The notes: a model not told the origin generated them from the sequence alone. Positions 1 to 13,090 are shown, numbered from the stretch's first letter. The stretch is DNA of 64,000 bases from Eukaryota sp. TZLM1-RC (GCA_040285825.1 JAUPSS010000002.1:3596001-3660000), one strand, 5' to 3'. A program made the numbers and translations.

Positions 1-457
1 AGAAATAGCCTTGCTGGTAGGCAAAGATAACGTGGTCGTGATCAATTACTGCACAAACAGGGAGTGGAAGATTTTTAATGGTGATGGTTACGTTTTCCAC
101 TACCTTTGGCTTGTTTTTGTTTTGTGCATCAACATGGGTCAAACGAAAGAGTTGGATTCCTCCCTCAACCAGAGTTACTGCGATAGATTGATTGGAATCA
201 CGAGAGACGACATCGGCGATGATGGATGTGGTGGTAACCAAAAGTCGTTTCGCTTCGCACGATGCCACTTGTACGCGAAGGGATGATGCTTGAGAGGACA
301 AAAAGAGCGAATCAGAACTGACAATCTTGACTGGACGTTCCTGTTTCATACTGTACTTAGGAGTCTCCGCAGGAACGACATCTTCTATGTTTTGGAAACG
401 AGCTTGTGCACAGTGCTCAAACGGCCTTGAGAGTATGTTTGGTGGATGAACATTCAT
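1..457 (-). CDS. 5' part of a hypothetical protein (runs off the left edge)
   Basis: ATG at 457 opens an uninterrupted frame of 152 codons to the window edge (MNVHPPNILSRPFEHC...HVIFAYQQGYF), with higher GC than the flanks. It is missing from the ORF track only because no stop falls in the window. Confidence 0.6.
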   Translation of the reverse strand, partial: MNVHPPNILSRPFEHCAQARFQNIEDVVPAETPKYSMKQERPVKIVSSDSLFLSSQASSLRVQVASCEAKRLLVTTTSIIADVVSRDSNQSIAVTLVEGGIQLFRLTHVDAQNKNKPKVVENVTITIKNLPLPVCAVIDHDHVIFAYQQGYF

Positions 458-559
458 GTGTACTTGAAGAGAAGAAATTTTCCAAATATTTTGCACTTTT
501 GACTGTTTCAAATTTCTTGGTTGCCGGATAAAAAGTGTACCTCAAATTACGATTGAATT

Positions 560-1332
560 ACAAATTAAGTGGGAAAAAGAGAGAATTGAACTTTCTTCGA
601 TTCCTTCCTTAGATTTAGAAAAACATATTAAGTTATTTATGCTTAAAATTTGCTACACTGGGTGAATAACCCACATTTGGGGATCTTGTGCTCCCTTACA
701 GCAATGATTTTTTGTCGATCCTTCAATTCATTGGATATAAAATCGTTTGTTGATATATTCAATGTAGATCCAGGAATGTTGAAAAATCACTTATTTTCGA
801 CAGCAATTTGTAGAGGTGTAGGATTTACTAAATTCTCTATTTTGTGCGAAACGGTTTTTTTGGATGGATGCAAAAAATTTCAAGTGTCCAAGTCTTTTCC
901 CCAATCATTTGAGGAAATTCTGGACCGATCTCTTTTCAATTTGCAGTTTTGCTGTAAAAAGCTTAAGCAAAAAGTCTGGATTTTGATTGGCCAAGAAAAA
1001 GATCCCGCTTTTGCAAATCTTTTACAAGATTAGGGTGATATTGCCTCTTCTGCGCTAGTAACATCCATTCCTCAAGTTAATGGCACTTTCTGAACGGATT
1101 TTCCCTGGACTTAGAATACGAGAGTTCGTTCCTTTATCGGGCGTGATAATTTTCCTCATTATTCAATTTGTAAGTGTAATCGACAAATTACAAATACTCA
1201 TTTGTTAATTTGTAAACATTTTATTACTGTTAGAAGCAAGATTCGTGATGCTGTAAGATACCAATTATATTGCATGTGCAAGTCTTCTAGAATTGAATCT
1301 TTTTTGGAACCTCTGTTGTCAAATCGGTTCTG
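560..1332 (+). mobile_element. Degenerate RLE non-LTR retrotransposon fragment (family A: RT thumb to CCHC)
   Basis: Homologous, with deletions and stops, to about 8570-9470 (EKHIK..MLKICYTG, DPGMLKNHLFS, NCKHFIT.RSK..DAVR). Confidence 0.8.
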
Positions 1333-2125
1333 ATTTAAAATCTGTTTTGACACTATATAAGGTATTTGCAGACAAAAAACATGACACGATACTGAACTGC
1401 TCTGCCAAACAATAGTACCCTTTTTCCACATGCTCTAAATATATTCTTCTTTATTGCGTTTCTGTTTTCCTGGAAGTTCAACTAATTGTTTTTGTGGTTT
1501 CAATTGCTGATTGTTTCGTAATGTTTAGCGTTTTTGCTCAACTGCTGTGTAAAGAACAAAAATTATTCAAATAATCTTGTCAGAGATTCCAAGCTGAACT
1601 ATTTTAATCAAAAAAGCTTGACGCGTGGCAGCTCTACCGTTTTGACATTATAATCTAAACTTTCAGCCTTTGAGGATGTTGGATCATGACTCAAACTGCC
1701 GGTAGAGAAACATAAGAATTAGAACAGGAAGGTTACCCCACATATAACATAAGATTTTTTATTACATCGACCAACATATTAATAGGATTATCCCTTCTCA
1801 AATACAAATGACAATATCAGGATCAGCATTCAATAAGCAATTTAAACAGGTCTGACAAGCTTAGTGTTTTTGGAATTAAAAATGCATGAGACGGCCGTCA
1901 TAGAAGCATATGTAAAATTGACATTGTAATACGATTGAGATAGATGGTTTTACCTGCAAAGTGCCAAAACTCATAAATGTGCAAAGATAAACTTATTTTT
2001 TCCAACAAAAAACTGAACAAAGCTTTATTGGCCGAGCCAAAATGAACATTAAAATCCAAACCTTCACAAATTACTGTTAATTTTTGTTGCAATTTATAAC
2101 ACAATACCTTAAATTAACTAGTGTT

Positions 2126-4250
2126 CTAGGTGATATTTCCTGCACATGATCGGAAAAAGCATTTACTCCAGATTTTAGGAGGCAAACCATCACGAGCATT
2201 TTCAAGGTCTCTTAGATAATTATTGCTTGTAAAATTCAATAATTTAGCATCATTTGGAAAACGATTGCAAAATTCAAAAACAAAATTTTTCCCTCGACCA
2301 AGGAAAGCAGCTTGACAGAGAACAGACATTTTAGTGAAATTAATGTCACCAAAATTAGATGATGAAAATACATGACTTCGAATAAGTTCAGGATTGACAT
2401 CAATCAAAGATGCAAAAAATATTGTTCTTAAGTACTTAAAAGAGCGGAAAAACTCACGTGAAATATTAGAAGATGTTGTTCTTAAAAAATGAGTACCTTT
2501 ACCGGAGTAACAGATTTTTAAAATAAACACTTAAAATGTTTCTCTATTTCAAATAAAGAAATTGTATCAAGTTCAGAACCCAATTTCATTAAAAGATTAC
2601 TTCAATTCGTCAGTTATCTTCGGCATATTTCCAAGCCAACAAGCAAGGAAACGAAATGCATCTGAGGAATAATTTACAAAAGAAATTTCAACATCATCAA
2701 TGGTTCAACTATCTTTTATAGTTCCTATGAGGAAAGATTTGTTGGGGTTGAGCAAAACACCAATGTTTTTGTAAAAAATGAGCTTCAGTGGCAATTTCAT
2801 TCAAAACATTCAACGCACCAATAATTAAAGTATCATCCATATTTCCTACTATTTTCCACATAGGACAACTTTTACTGAAATTGTTGTTGTTATTAATAAA
2901 CTAAATTGGTAGACAGATGAGAAATTCACATGATGGCGTGGCAGCTGTTTAACAACAAGTATTTTTATTAATAAAGTTCTCTTTTCTTTCTTTACTTTTT
3001 TGGTATTTCTGCCTAACGACATCAATAATTATTGGCCCTCATTGCAGATGATATCTACACGCGTACTACATCCGTCCCTTGCTTCTATGAAAGTGGATGA
3101 TGTTTTGCTGTTCCTACAACAGTGGAAGGTGTACTCTTCTGTTACACCGAAGAAGGACCTTGTTCGAGCAAGGCTCCTCGTTGACCCCTACTTGTTAGAA
3201 TCATTGGTTTTTACAAGACCTGGGGTTGATTCATCCGATGAGGTGTTTCTGGATCATTTAAAATCCTCCACCTCGTTTTCCTCGTACGAGGAATTCAACT
3301 TGGTGATGGCTGAGTTGAAGGTTGATGTCCGGAAGGGGCGACGTCCGTGAACGTGTGGCTGCTACCTGAGAATTTTACTCCAGGCGAAGAGCAGGGATTA
3401 CGGACTGAAATTGCCTGACTCAGCCTTCAAAATTAAATTCGCCAAGGGTATACTTCCATTAGGATTGCAGAAATTTCTGATTTCTCGAATTCGGGACGAG
3501 GTCTTCCCCAATTTTCCCACATTGGTAAATACCACAGAGGATGAACTACTTGATTGCGAGAAACTTCTTGGAACAGGTCTTTAAAGACTGTTCCTGAAAA
3601 TACTGACTCTGTGCGTCAAGCTGGTATGACGTCTCGTTCATCCCATAGGTCTCGCAATCTGACTGACGGGACATGTTTCAAATGTCATCAGAAAGGTCAT
3701 CTAGTTCGTAATTGTTCCTCAAAAGTTAAACACGGAGTAAATGATCTACACCACGTGCCTCAGTATCTCACAAAATTCCTATCTTCATTTAGCTGAATGG
3801 TTTACGAAACTGTTGAAAGAAAATGGGAAGAAGTAGTGTTTTTGTTACTGATAAACTAACCTGATGGAGAGATGAGCAATTCACATGATGACGTGGGACT
3901 TGTTCAGCAACAAGTATTTTTATTAATATAGCTCTCTTTTCTCTCTTTACTTCTTTGGTATTTCTGGCTAACGGCATCAACATGAATCAAAAACTTGTGA
4001 ATTGCTAAACAGAACAGTAATGGCCCAAGTAGATCACCTTGCTTAACTCCAGTAGATGAGAATAGAGTATAAGAATCATAAATTAGTTCACTGGCTTTGC
4101 CATCAGATAAATAAAACTGGTTAATAAATTGTGGAAATTCTTTTTGAACAACATCATCAATTGCACACGGATGTACAGAATTAAAAAAATTTTCAAACTC
4201 TAAATTAAAAAAAATAATTCTCATTATTAGAATTGAAAAATAAATCAGAA
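2126..4250 (-). mobile_element. Degenerate non-LTR RT, split by an inserted LTR element
   Basis: GVKQGDLLGPLLFCLAIHK lies at about 3990-4050. The continuation KIVGNMDD..FRFLACWLGN..LKICYSGK lies on the other side of the 2882-3979 insertion. Confidence 0.8.
2882..3979 (+). mobile_element. Non-autonomous gag-only LTR retroelement (1098 bp)
   Basis: 143-bp direct repeats at 2882-3024 and 3837-3979, both TG...CA. ATAATTATTGGCC follows the 5' LTR; PPT GAAAGAAAATGGGAAGAAGTAG precedes the 3' LTR. The interior is a frameshifted gag with CCHC knuckle CFKCHQKGHLVRNC and no pol. Flanks are AAAT/ACAT (TSD with one mismatch). Confidence 0.85.
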
Positions 4251-4382
4251 GTTAGGGCAGCAACTGATCATATCAGTTGTTTCTACTACAGTGAATCTGT
4301 AGCATTTTTGGATTTTTCCATGAAGATTTTCTTCCATCTTCCACAAGTGTTTCTTTCACTTTTATAGAAAACATCTGTAAGA

Positions 4383-4589
4383 ATGAGGATCCCACCACCC
4401 AAAAAATTGCTTGTTGTGTCTATCATCTTGATCGTGGTTTTCGCTGCTTGGTATCTCTTCTTTACAAAGTTTATAGCCACTCCAAGTCAACCAGAACAGG
4501 AACCTGAACCTTCTCAACCTTCCACATCAACTCCTGCTCAACCTGTCGTTTATCATTATGAACCAACTGCACCTCCGTTAACAGCGTAG
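4383..4589 (+). CDS. Small single-pass membrane protein with Pro/Ser/Thr-rich tail ending EPTAPP (may lack a 5' exon)
   Basis: Hydrophobic stretch LLVVSIILIVVFAAWYLFF, coding-like composition, AATAAA downstream. Confidence 0.4.
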   Translation: MRIPPPKKLLVVSIILIVVFAAWYLFFTKFIATPSQPEQEPEPSQPSTSTPAQPVVYHYEPTAPPLTA

Positions 4590-4827
4590 CTCACGATCGG
4601 TTTTGAACTTGTGCTAGCTTCACTTTTAAAAATAAATAAAATCAAACTGTACAGCATACAGAGCACATCCTTCATAATTACACCATCGCCACTAGTCTAA
4701 TTGTGTCATTAGTTGCATAAATAGTTGTTTTCATCTAGTTGAAAGATGTTACATACCATAATACACCCTTCATGTTTGTTGTTACATCACTTTCTCAGTT
4801 GGTTGCATCAAATACTGAATAAATTTA

Positions 4828-5118
4828 CTGATGCTTTGATGGTGTATAGCATTGTCAGTGATTGTTACATGCAGACAACCATTTTCGAAGCATTGGTAGC
4901 CAACCACTACAAACTTGGCCATCGCTCCTATGATGTGATTTACACCAATAACTTTGACAAATTACCCCTGTCTGAGTACAAACACGTAAATCTCTATATT
5001 AATGGTAACAGCCACTCTACCTCAACTTTCAAGGTCCTCTATGATGCTGTTGACAAAGGTCTGAAGCTTACAGTTTTTGGTGGGTCCGTACTATTGGACC
5101 CGTAAATCGGCCGACATA
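4828..5118 (+). pseudogene. Rearranged partial duplicate of the GAT1-like repeat gene
   Basis: 4828-5086 is near-identical to 25348-25606. 5095-5118 matches 26301-26324. Confidence 0.85.
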
Positions 5119-6509
5119 TTCATATTTGTTGATTACAGAAAACATGACCATGCACAGAAAGGGGTTTTGATCAACTCTTAATATAACGTCTTCTTATATA
5201 GATATGATCCTGATAAGGCAAGGTATGAGAGCTTTACCATTAGTTTGTAATTAGCTCATCTGTAATGTTGAGAATTCCTACCACTCATTTGTGTAGTAGC
5301 ATCCACCTTTGGACCCATTTTCCTTTTGAGCTTATCACGTGTATTTTGATTGAAGGGTGTCGCTTTCCTGAGTTGTTTGCTAACTCATTAGTTTGCTTTG
5401 AATGGATGAAGTGTATGCTAATTTTTCATAAATAAATAAATAGTTTGTCGTCAGGTTGATCAAATCAACCAATAGCAGTAACTACCTTAAATTATCATTG
5501 TTATCTAATCCATTAACCATTATTATCTCCATTGAGATTTGAGAAGATGTTGTTGGTGACAAGATTTCGAGTAAAAAGATTATTGAAACAATATGATGAA
5601 AGAAATATTGTGTTAGCTTTTTGTTTGATCTGCTGCACCACATCTGCTGCAACTTTCACAAATGAGCCTTGAGAGTAACATCTTTACTCATTTTTCCCAC
5701 TTTTCAATTTATCTACATTGACAGATTCAATGTCTATTTTTTCAGTAAAAGGAAGGCAGAGGAGAGAAGGAGGGAGAAGTGAGTCATTTAGAATGTTCAC
5801 AGATTGACGTGTTAGCCTTAGCTAAAGTGATTTTCCCGGTCAGGAAGGTGATGACGTAATCTCTAAGAACGTTGAGCAGAATCAAGATTTACAATGTGAG
5901 AAATGAATAATTATATTTGAATGATGGACATAATTAAGAGGATTCTGGAAGTTTGTAGTAATTTTACATTATTAACAAATCAAAGATAATTAATGATCGT
6001 AACTGAGCTTGGTGCACTTAGAAGTCTCCACCCATGATTTTCCAAATCATTCTACTTCATTAAACAACCAAATGCGAGATTCTTTGAACGGTATAGATGT
6101 GTTACATGGATCAGAATATAATTTTTGTTTTTTTAAAGGTGTTGTTCCCTCATCAGCTTCTGCTTTGTTATATCTTACACGGTTTTATGAAAGAACAAAG
6201 TCTCAGTCATTGTTTGTGGAGATATAGAAATATGAAAGGACAGAAAAGATATTGGGAATATATAGATATTAAGTTTAATCTTTTCTTGCAGTGGAATCAA
6301 TAAAAATACCAGCAGTGTAATGGATGATATGCTCAATTTTGTGAATTTATTTCATTATGGAGTTTGAAATGAGTCGTATTTTTCTATAAAATGTAGCTAC
6401 AAGCAACTCTCTACTCGAACTTCAAGTGGAAATGATACAAAAATTGTATTTGTGAAAATGAAAACTACAATTAAAAAACTTAAATCAGAACTGATTCCCA
6501 TAGACCACA

Positions 6510-7600
6510 ATTTCCTCTACAAAATCTTGATCTGCTTGTTTTCACGATATTGCTTCTCTTATAACTTGAATAAACCGAGCTAGTCCAATAAATATATCGA
6601 ATAGAATTCGTGGCCGCCACAAAAAGACATCAAATCTTTTCACCTTATTTTTGAACCAATTTCTGAAAATCATTCAAATCTTTTTCTTCTTCTACTCATG
6701 GTCTTCTGTTATTAGAAAAAGGAAAAGCAATAAATCAAGTTGGCTGTTTCTATCAGTATTAGTTTCCTCAATATATTTTTCACATTTTCTATGTTATTCT
6801 ATCGTTTTGTATTTACGAGCATCTATAGGATTATTTGTTTCATTCAACCAAAGCGTCATATGCAACATCGGAGGAGATAAAATATAACACAGCTTCAAAG
6901 TTATCAATCCAATCGCAGTAAATAAAACTTCTGTCATCGGAACCAAACTTGCTCAATGACAATGTTTCCTTCAGCAAAGTCTCTTTAATATATGTGAATT
7001 GTTGCATTTCCTGCCATATTAAAAATAGTGTTTTCGACAGCATCATGTGATGAAGAACGATGAGTTATCAAGTCGGAACAATTTGAAGTATTACGTAGGG
7101 TAGAATGTGGTCATTTGGAACAATTACATTTTCTTTTTATAGAAGTCGGTCAATGGGGTTATTCAGATATGATCTCATTTATGTTACAAAAGCGTCACTA
7201 TAACCTCATAACCCTACCATTCGTGGCACAATTGATACCGTTAGGCAGAAAAACCAAAGATGAAAAGAAGAAAAAAGAGGCTTTATTAATAAAGATACTT
7301 ATTCTTGAACAAATGCCACGTCATCACGTGAATTCCTTATTCGTCTTCCAGCCTAGTTTATCAGCAACAACAACACAATGGTGACAAATAATGATGACTC
7401 TGATGACTTGTTCTCAGCACACATTTTTGTTATAAGTGATGATCAAGATCTTGATCTGAAGCAGCTGAGCTGCATAAATGTTCAAACAGATCATTTTCTC
7501 TCATTTTGGTCATTCAATTTTGTAATGTTCAAGGAGTGTATTTTAAATTCAAATAATTTTTGTATGGAACACCGCCATTGGGTGATTAAGGAGAACCTTG
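6510..7600 (-). mobile_element. Degenerate RLE non-LTR copy (family B), interrupted by a solo LTR
   Basis: KETLSL.KFGSDDR..YCDWIDN and the QDFVEE-type C-terminus are homologous to 56969-57874. Confidence 0.8.
7233..7375 (-). mobile_element. Solo LTR (143 bp) of the gag-only family
   Basis: Reverse-complement match to 2882-3024. TG..CA ends. Exact 4-bp TSD CAAT (7229-7232, 7376-7379). Confidence 0.9.
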
Positions 7601-7779
7601 ATTCCATTTTTTTCACAAAAACTAAAAGTTATTTTCCAATGCAAGCAAAACAATAAAACAAACAGGAACTCAATTTTCTCAATACTTGCATCAACATCAT
7701 CAAATCTCTTCAGTGTGCGATCTTCCTACTCTATTCCTAATTGTAACAGTGCTTTGGTTATCATTTTTGTACTTGCTTG

Positions 7780-10700
7780 GATAATACTAAAAGCAATTCT
7801 GTTGTGCCAGGAATTGAAGTTTGCCCTTTTCCTGCTCTATTTTCATTAAACATTTGAAACCTTGGAGAAGTTTAATCCCATATAGTCCAATGGTACCAAA
7901 AAGAGAAACAACAAATGGAACCAGCTCATACGTCACACGCTCAACAGGCCCAAGTTGAGATAAGGGCTTCTTGTAATTTTTGATTTGCCCTTTACAGCAA
8001 AGCAAAGTGGAGTTTCATCCTTTTTAGTAAAATCAATTGCTGATTCTTTACAAACATCAACAATGACGACAACATTTTAATTCTGTAAAGCGAGAAGCAA
8101 TTTTTGAAGTTATTAAATCTGATTTTCCTGAGCTATCGAGTTTTTTCTACCATTTTTATGGGAAACAATCAGATTTAATTTTTAATTCATTTGGTCTTAA
8201 ATCATCTTCTGGAGTGAAGCAGGGAGATCCTTTAGGCCCATTATTGTTTTGTTTAGCTATTCACAAAACTTTAAATATCATTAAGCAAAAATACCCTTCT
8301 ATAAAATTAGTTGCTTATATGGATGATATATCCTTGATTGGTTCATTTGATTTACTAGAATTGGTTGCTCAAGAAATTGCCGATTCATATGAAAATATTG
8401 GGCTTCATCTTAATGCCAGCAAATGTCTTCTGATTGGCTCTTCTGCTCAAGACCTCGTGATGAACGATTCTATTGTCCCTTTTACTAATTATAGTAGTGA
8501 TGCTTTTAAGTTCCTTGGTTGTTGGTTAGGAAACGTGTCTCAAATTCAGAATGAATTGCAAGTTATTTTGGAAAAAATGAAAATTGAACTTGATTCAATT
8601 TCTTCTTTAGATATAGAAAAGCATATTAAATTTTTCATGCTTAAAATTTGCTACACTGGGAGAATAACCCACATTTTGAGCTCTTGTGCTCCTTCCACAG
8701 CATTAGATTTTTGTCGTTCATTTAATTCATTGAGAACAGAATTTTTTGCTGATTTATTGGATGTTGAACCAGGAATGTTGAAAAACCATTTATTTTCTTC
8801 AGCAAATTTGGGTGGTATTGGATTTACTAAATCTTCAATTTTGTGTCAATCAGCATTCTTAGGTGGTGGCAAAAATTTTATTTATGAATTTTCTCGTAGA
8901 TTTCCTGATGATTCTCATCTGTTAGTTCCCAATTGCAGTCCCTATTTGTATGAGTTATCTTGTGAACTTGAAAAATTGCCGCCACAAATTTGGACCAAAT
9001 GTTTTCCTCAATCAATTCAAGAAATTCCAAACCGATCTCTTTTTAATTAACAGTTTTGCTGTAAAAAGCTTCAACAAAAATTGTCAAAGATTTTTGAAAG
9101 CTTGGATTTTGATGTTAGACTTGGCTGGGTCAAGAAGAAGAATCCCGCTTTTGCAAATCTTTTACAAGATATGTGTGACAGTACTTCTTCTGCCTTAGTA
9201 ACAACAATTCCACAAGTTTATGGTACTCTCTTATCCGTTTCTGCTTGGACTCTGAATATGAGATTTCATTTCTTTATCTGGCCTGATAATTTACCTCATA
9301 ATTTAATTTGTAAATGTTCTCGAGAAATTACAACTACTCATTTGTTAAATTGTAAACATTTTATTACTTTTAGAAGCAAGGTTCATGATGCTGTAAGAGA
9401 CCAGTTATATTGTATGTGTAAATCTCATAGAATTGAATCCTTCTTGGAACCTCTGTTGTCAAATCTGTTTGATGCTGAAGATGATTTTCATAAGAATAAT
9501 AGAGGTGATGTTATATTACCTGGATTAGATGGAAGTTTCATTTTATTGGATGTAATGTCTGTTGATCCTTGTAATGCCTCAAATAAAAGGCTTGTTAATT
9601 CTGAAATTCATAATCCTCTTTCAAATGCTGAAAATTTTAAATTCAAAAAATACAATGAACCTTTGTCTAAATTGGCCAGTCTACAGCATGCAAAATACAA
9701 TTTGTATCCATTTGTATTTTCTCTTTTTGGTTCACTTGCACCAACTGCTTTACGTTTTTTGGATGATTTTGAAATGATTGTAAAGAGAAGAACTGGCAGA
9801 AATTTCAACAGATTGTTTTGGCAAAATAGAATTGTGTTTTCTATTTTTAAGGGGATGTTGAAGATGGTTTCTGATGCTTTGCGTTCTCTTGGTTCTTACT
9901 ATGAGAGAGTTGCATCTAGTGTTTTTGTTCTGGGAGAGATGGATTTTTTAGATGTTGATTTATAGGTTTTGAATAAAATTAAAATTAAATAAAAAAAATG
10001 ACGACAACAACAAAAACTTTGATCACACATCTGACCCAGGAGTAATTAAATTAGCACGGCGTCTCCAAATGTATTTTCATCTTCCAGTTCAGGTGACAAT
10101 TTACACACAAGTGGTTCAACAAAAACTTCCTTGTGGTGGCTTTTGCACATGGCATACAGTTGGTTTCTAACAGTGTCATAGACAACTGGGCGATATGTAA
10201 TATTAAATTTACAATTGAGTAAATGATTTAAAATAGTAGGCTGACCACAACGACAAATTAAATCATTTGGCATTCTGCACGGCTATAGAAAACACCTCAT
10301 TCTTGAGGCAGTAGTCCATTGATGATCATTCAACAATAAACCGTAAACATTTGGAATCTGGGAAATGAGACAACTTGAGCTACTTTCCTTAAGTTCAATT
10401 GAAAAGTTGGCAAAAACAACCTTCTTTTCCTTGGGCAAGCTAAGACGAACAGCAAAATCCACGTTTGCAAGACTTTTGATAACTTTTTCTGCAATTGGGC
10501 GCAAGCCAATCTTAAGGAAAATAAACTTCTAGGTATAATTTCTGGAATATCAGCAGCAAAGCATTTAGACCAGATGTGAGAAAAGAGGCATTCATTTTTA
10601 TTCTGCAAAGACACTAAGTCACTAAAACACTGTTCCATTAAATGTTGGCACAAATGTTATTTTTGAATTTTTGCCTCCATCAATGGAACCACATGGAACA

Positions 10701-11090
10701 GCACAAACATTTAGATTTATGAAAATTTAGGCCTCCTTATTCTGCGCTCCAAAAAATATTACTATGTAAAAAAGAAGAATCAATGTCAAGCAAATTGGCC
10801 AAATAAATTTGTTCTTAATTCATAAAAAGATCTGCAAAAATCGAGAGATATTGATGGTGTGGTTGATCGCGAGAGATATCGTATGATTTGAGTAGATTTT
10901 CCTGAATAACAAATTCCAAGAAAAAAGAATTTGAGATGTTGTAATGACAGAAGAATAAGTTCATATTTCAATTTTGCTAAAAGAGAGAAAGTTGATTTCG
11001 AATTTAATCAAAATTCCCTAAATGACATCCTAAAAATCCAAACCTGATACCAATTTTCATTATCAATTTCTAAAATTTCTACATTTAATG
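7780..11090 (-). mobile_element. Degenerate RLE non-LTR element (family C), hosting the family A insertion
   Basis: ICYSGK, CRCG..LNHLLNCK..YR...DTVRNQLYAMCK and PFVVSLFG motifs. The sequence is continuous across the 8075-9996 insertion. Confidence 0.75.
8075..9996 (+). mobile_element. 5'-truncated CRE-like RLE non-LTR retrotransposon (family A) with 13-bp TSD
   Basis: RT motifs GVKQGDPLGPLLF, AYMDD, FKFLG. CCHC CKC..H...C, then RSKVHDAVRD, RGD..D..K.KKY restriction-like endonuclease. One in-frame TAA at 9048-9050. AATAAA plus A-tail. TSD AATGACGACAACA at 8062-8074 and 9997-10009. Confidence 0.92.
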
Positions 11091-11600
11091 CACAAATGAT
11101 TGAACTTGAGGTTGTCACTACTAAATCTTTTCAAACTGCCAGTCTTGACGAAGACTCAACTATGGCATTTGTACATCCACCAGTAAAAGCACACGAGAAT
11201 AACGTAAGACTAGAGGCTGTAGTCCAGCCTACACCACCCTGTTGTGAACTGAGATAAGCGTGATTGGGATAATGAAACATTTGATACTTGATTCCTTGAG
11301 ACAAATGTTGAGCAGATACTTCAATAAAGTTTTGGGTCACGGGGTTAGAAATATGAAGATTAATAGATCGAAACATCAATAATTGAAATTTGAAGTGACA
11401 CAGAGTCTTATAATGGTAAACTTGATATGTTTCTGTACATCTAGTTTCACCATTTGGTCAATTTTTTTCAGAAATAAGAGTTCGATTATTCAAATAAATG
11501 TTTAAAGATTTCATCATTATTGCCTAAAACCGCACCCAGATGACGAATAATATCAGTTGAATATCAGTGGACCTGAATTTTAGTTCTATCAACTATTGTT
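11090..11600 (-). mobile_element. Family B RT fragment
   Basis: PNHAYLS...GG.GWT.AS matches the N-terminal part of ORF 20382-21563. Confidence 0.7.
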
Positions 11601-12249
11601 GAAATTGAAAAATTTGAAGGTAAAACACTTTTAAATCAATCAAAGACCGATTTGGTTGAATAAAATTTTGAAACATAAAGGAGCTTTGCACAATCTTTAA
11701 GTCACCCATTAAAACCAAATCGGTTATTCAAACAATCATCTTTCATACAACAATCAACATTGTTTGAATTAATAATAATATTGGATGAATTACCAAAAAG
11801 AATAAAAGAAGTTATTTTAAAGAATAAAAAAATTATTTAGTTTCTTATGTGTTTTAGTTTGATTTGTTTTTATTTGATTCTTCGTAAAAAATTATTTCAC
11901 AATAGAATCAGCTAAAAACAGATATGAAAATGGAACAGTAAGTCGTTCAAAAATAATATAACAATTAAGGCAAGAAATTCAATAAAGAGATATGAATACT
12001 ACCCCTTTGAATTGAATTGAAAGCATTGCAAAAATCTAACTACATACAACCAGTTGATTGATTGTGATAAAATAACACATCTGTAGCAAATATTGCTGAC
12101 GCAAAAGTCCAGTAGTAGTATTCATTCTATATTGGAAATGAAACAAAGTTGTTTTTCCTTGTTCTTGAATCCATTCACACAAAAGGCTGAAATGATATTA
12201 TGTAAACATTCAGAGACTGCAATTGGACGAGCATTCATTTTTTAATTTT

Positions 12250-12745
12250 TCACTGATGCAGTTTAATCGCGTAGATTTTATTTCTTCAGGGCATTTAAGG
12301 AAACCTGTTGAGACTCTTTTGAAAATTTATGTTGGTGAAGTTGAACAATCATCTAAAGATACTACTGCATTCTTAACTTGATCCATAGAAAGACAACAAA
12401 GTCCAGAAAATTTTTAAGATGTGATGAAAATATTAGCTCGAACTGAGTTAATGAAGCACAAACATTATGATCCTCTGGTACTCAAAATGAACAAGTTTTT
12501 TAAATCTAAACGAAGAACAACTGTTAGATTAAATGGTTTTGCAATTTCTTGGAATGGACGGTTAGGACCTGAGGCAAGCTTTCTGTTGGATGTAATTTAT
12601 GATTTCATGTTTAAAAAACCCCCTTCATTTAGGTTAAGTTTTTGGACCAATCGAATTGTGTTCAGCTTGTATAAAGGTCTTGGTACAAAGGTTGAGGCTG
12701 ATAAACTTGCTTTTGCTCAAAGAGTGTTTCGCAATGTAGTCTGAG
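12250..12745 (+). mobile_element. RLE endonuclease 3' fragment of a non-LTR element
   Basis: E..K..HY...FAISWNGRLG.EA..FWTNRIVFS motifs shared with the other copies. Confidence 0.65.
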
Positions 12746-12850
12746 ACTTCTTTCCTTGATGAAGAGATTAGTTGATATTCCAAACAAACAATTGATAAAA
12801 ACAATAAAAAAGTTTTTTGCGTGGTTTTTAACAGAAAAAGCTTCCCATGT

Positions 12851-13090
12851 CATCAAAGGATTATTTTTTCAATAAGTTCCATAAAAATTGTGATCAGAAA
12901 GTGGTGTTTCAAATGGATGTAGGTTCTTCAGTTTCACTACTGTATCTTGATTATTGGGAGCTTGAATTCAGTAGTTTAAGCTCCCAATAATCAAGATACA
13001 GTAGTGAAACTGAAGAACCTACATCCATTTGAAACACCACTTTCTGATCACAATTTTTATGGAACTTATTGAAAAAATAATCCTTTGATG
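12851..13090. repeat. Perfect 113-bp inverted repeat with 14-nt spacer
   Basis: 12851-12963 is the exact reverse complement of 12978-13090. The spacer is GAATTCAGTAGTTT. Confidence 0.95.
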
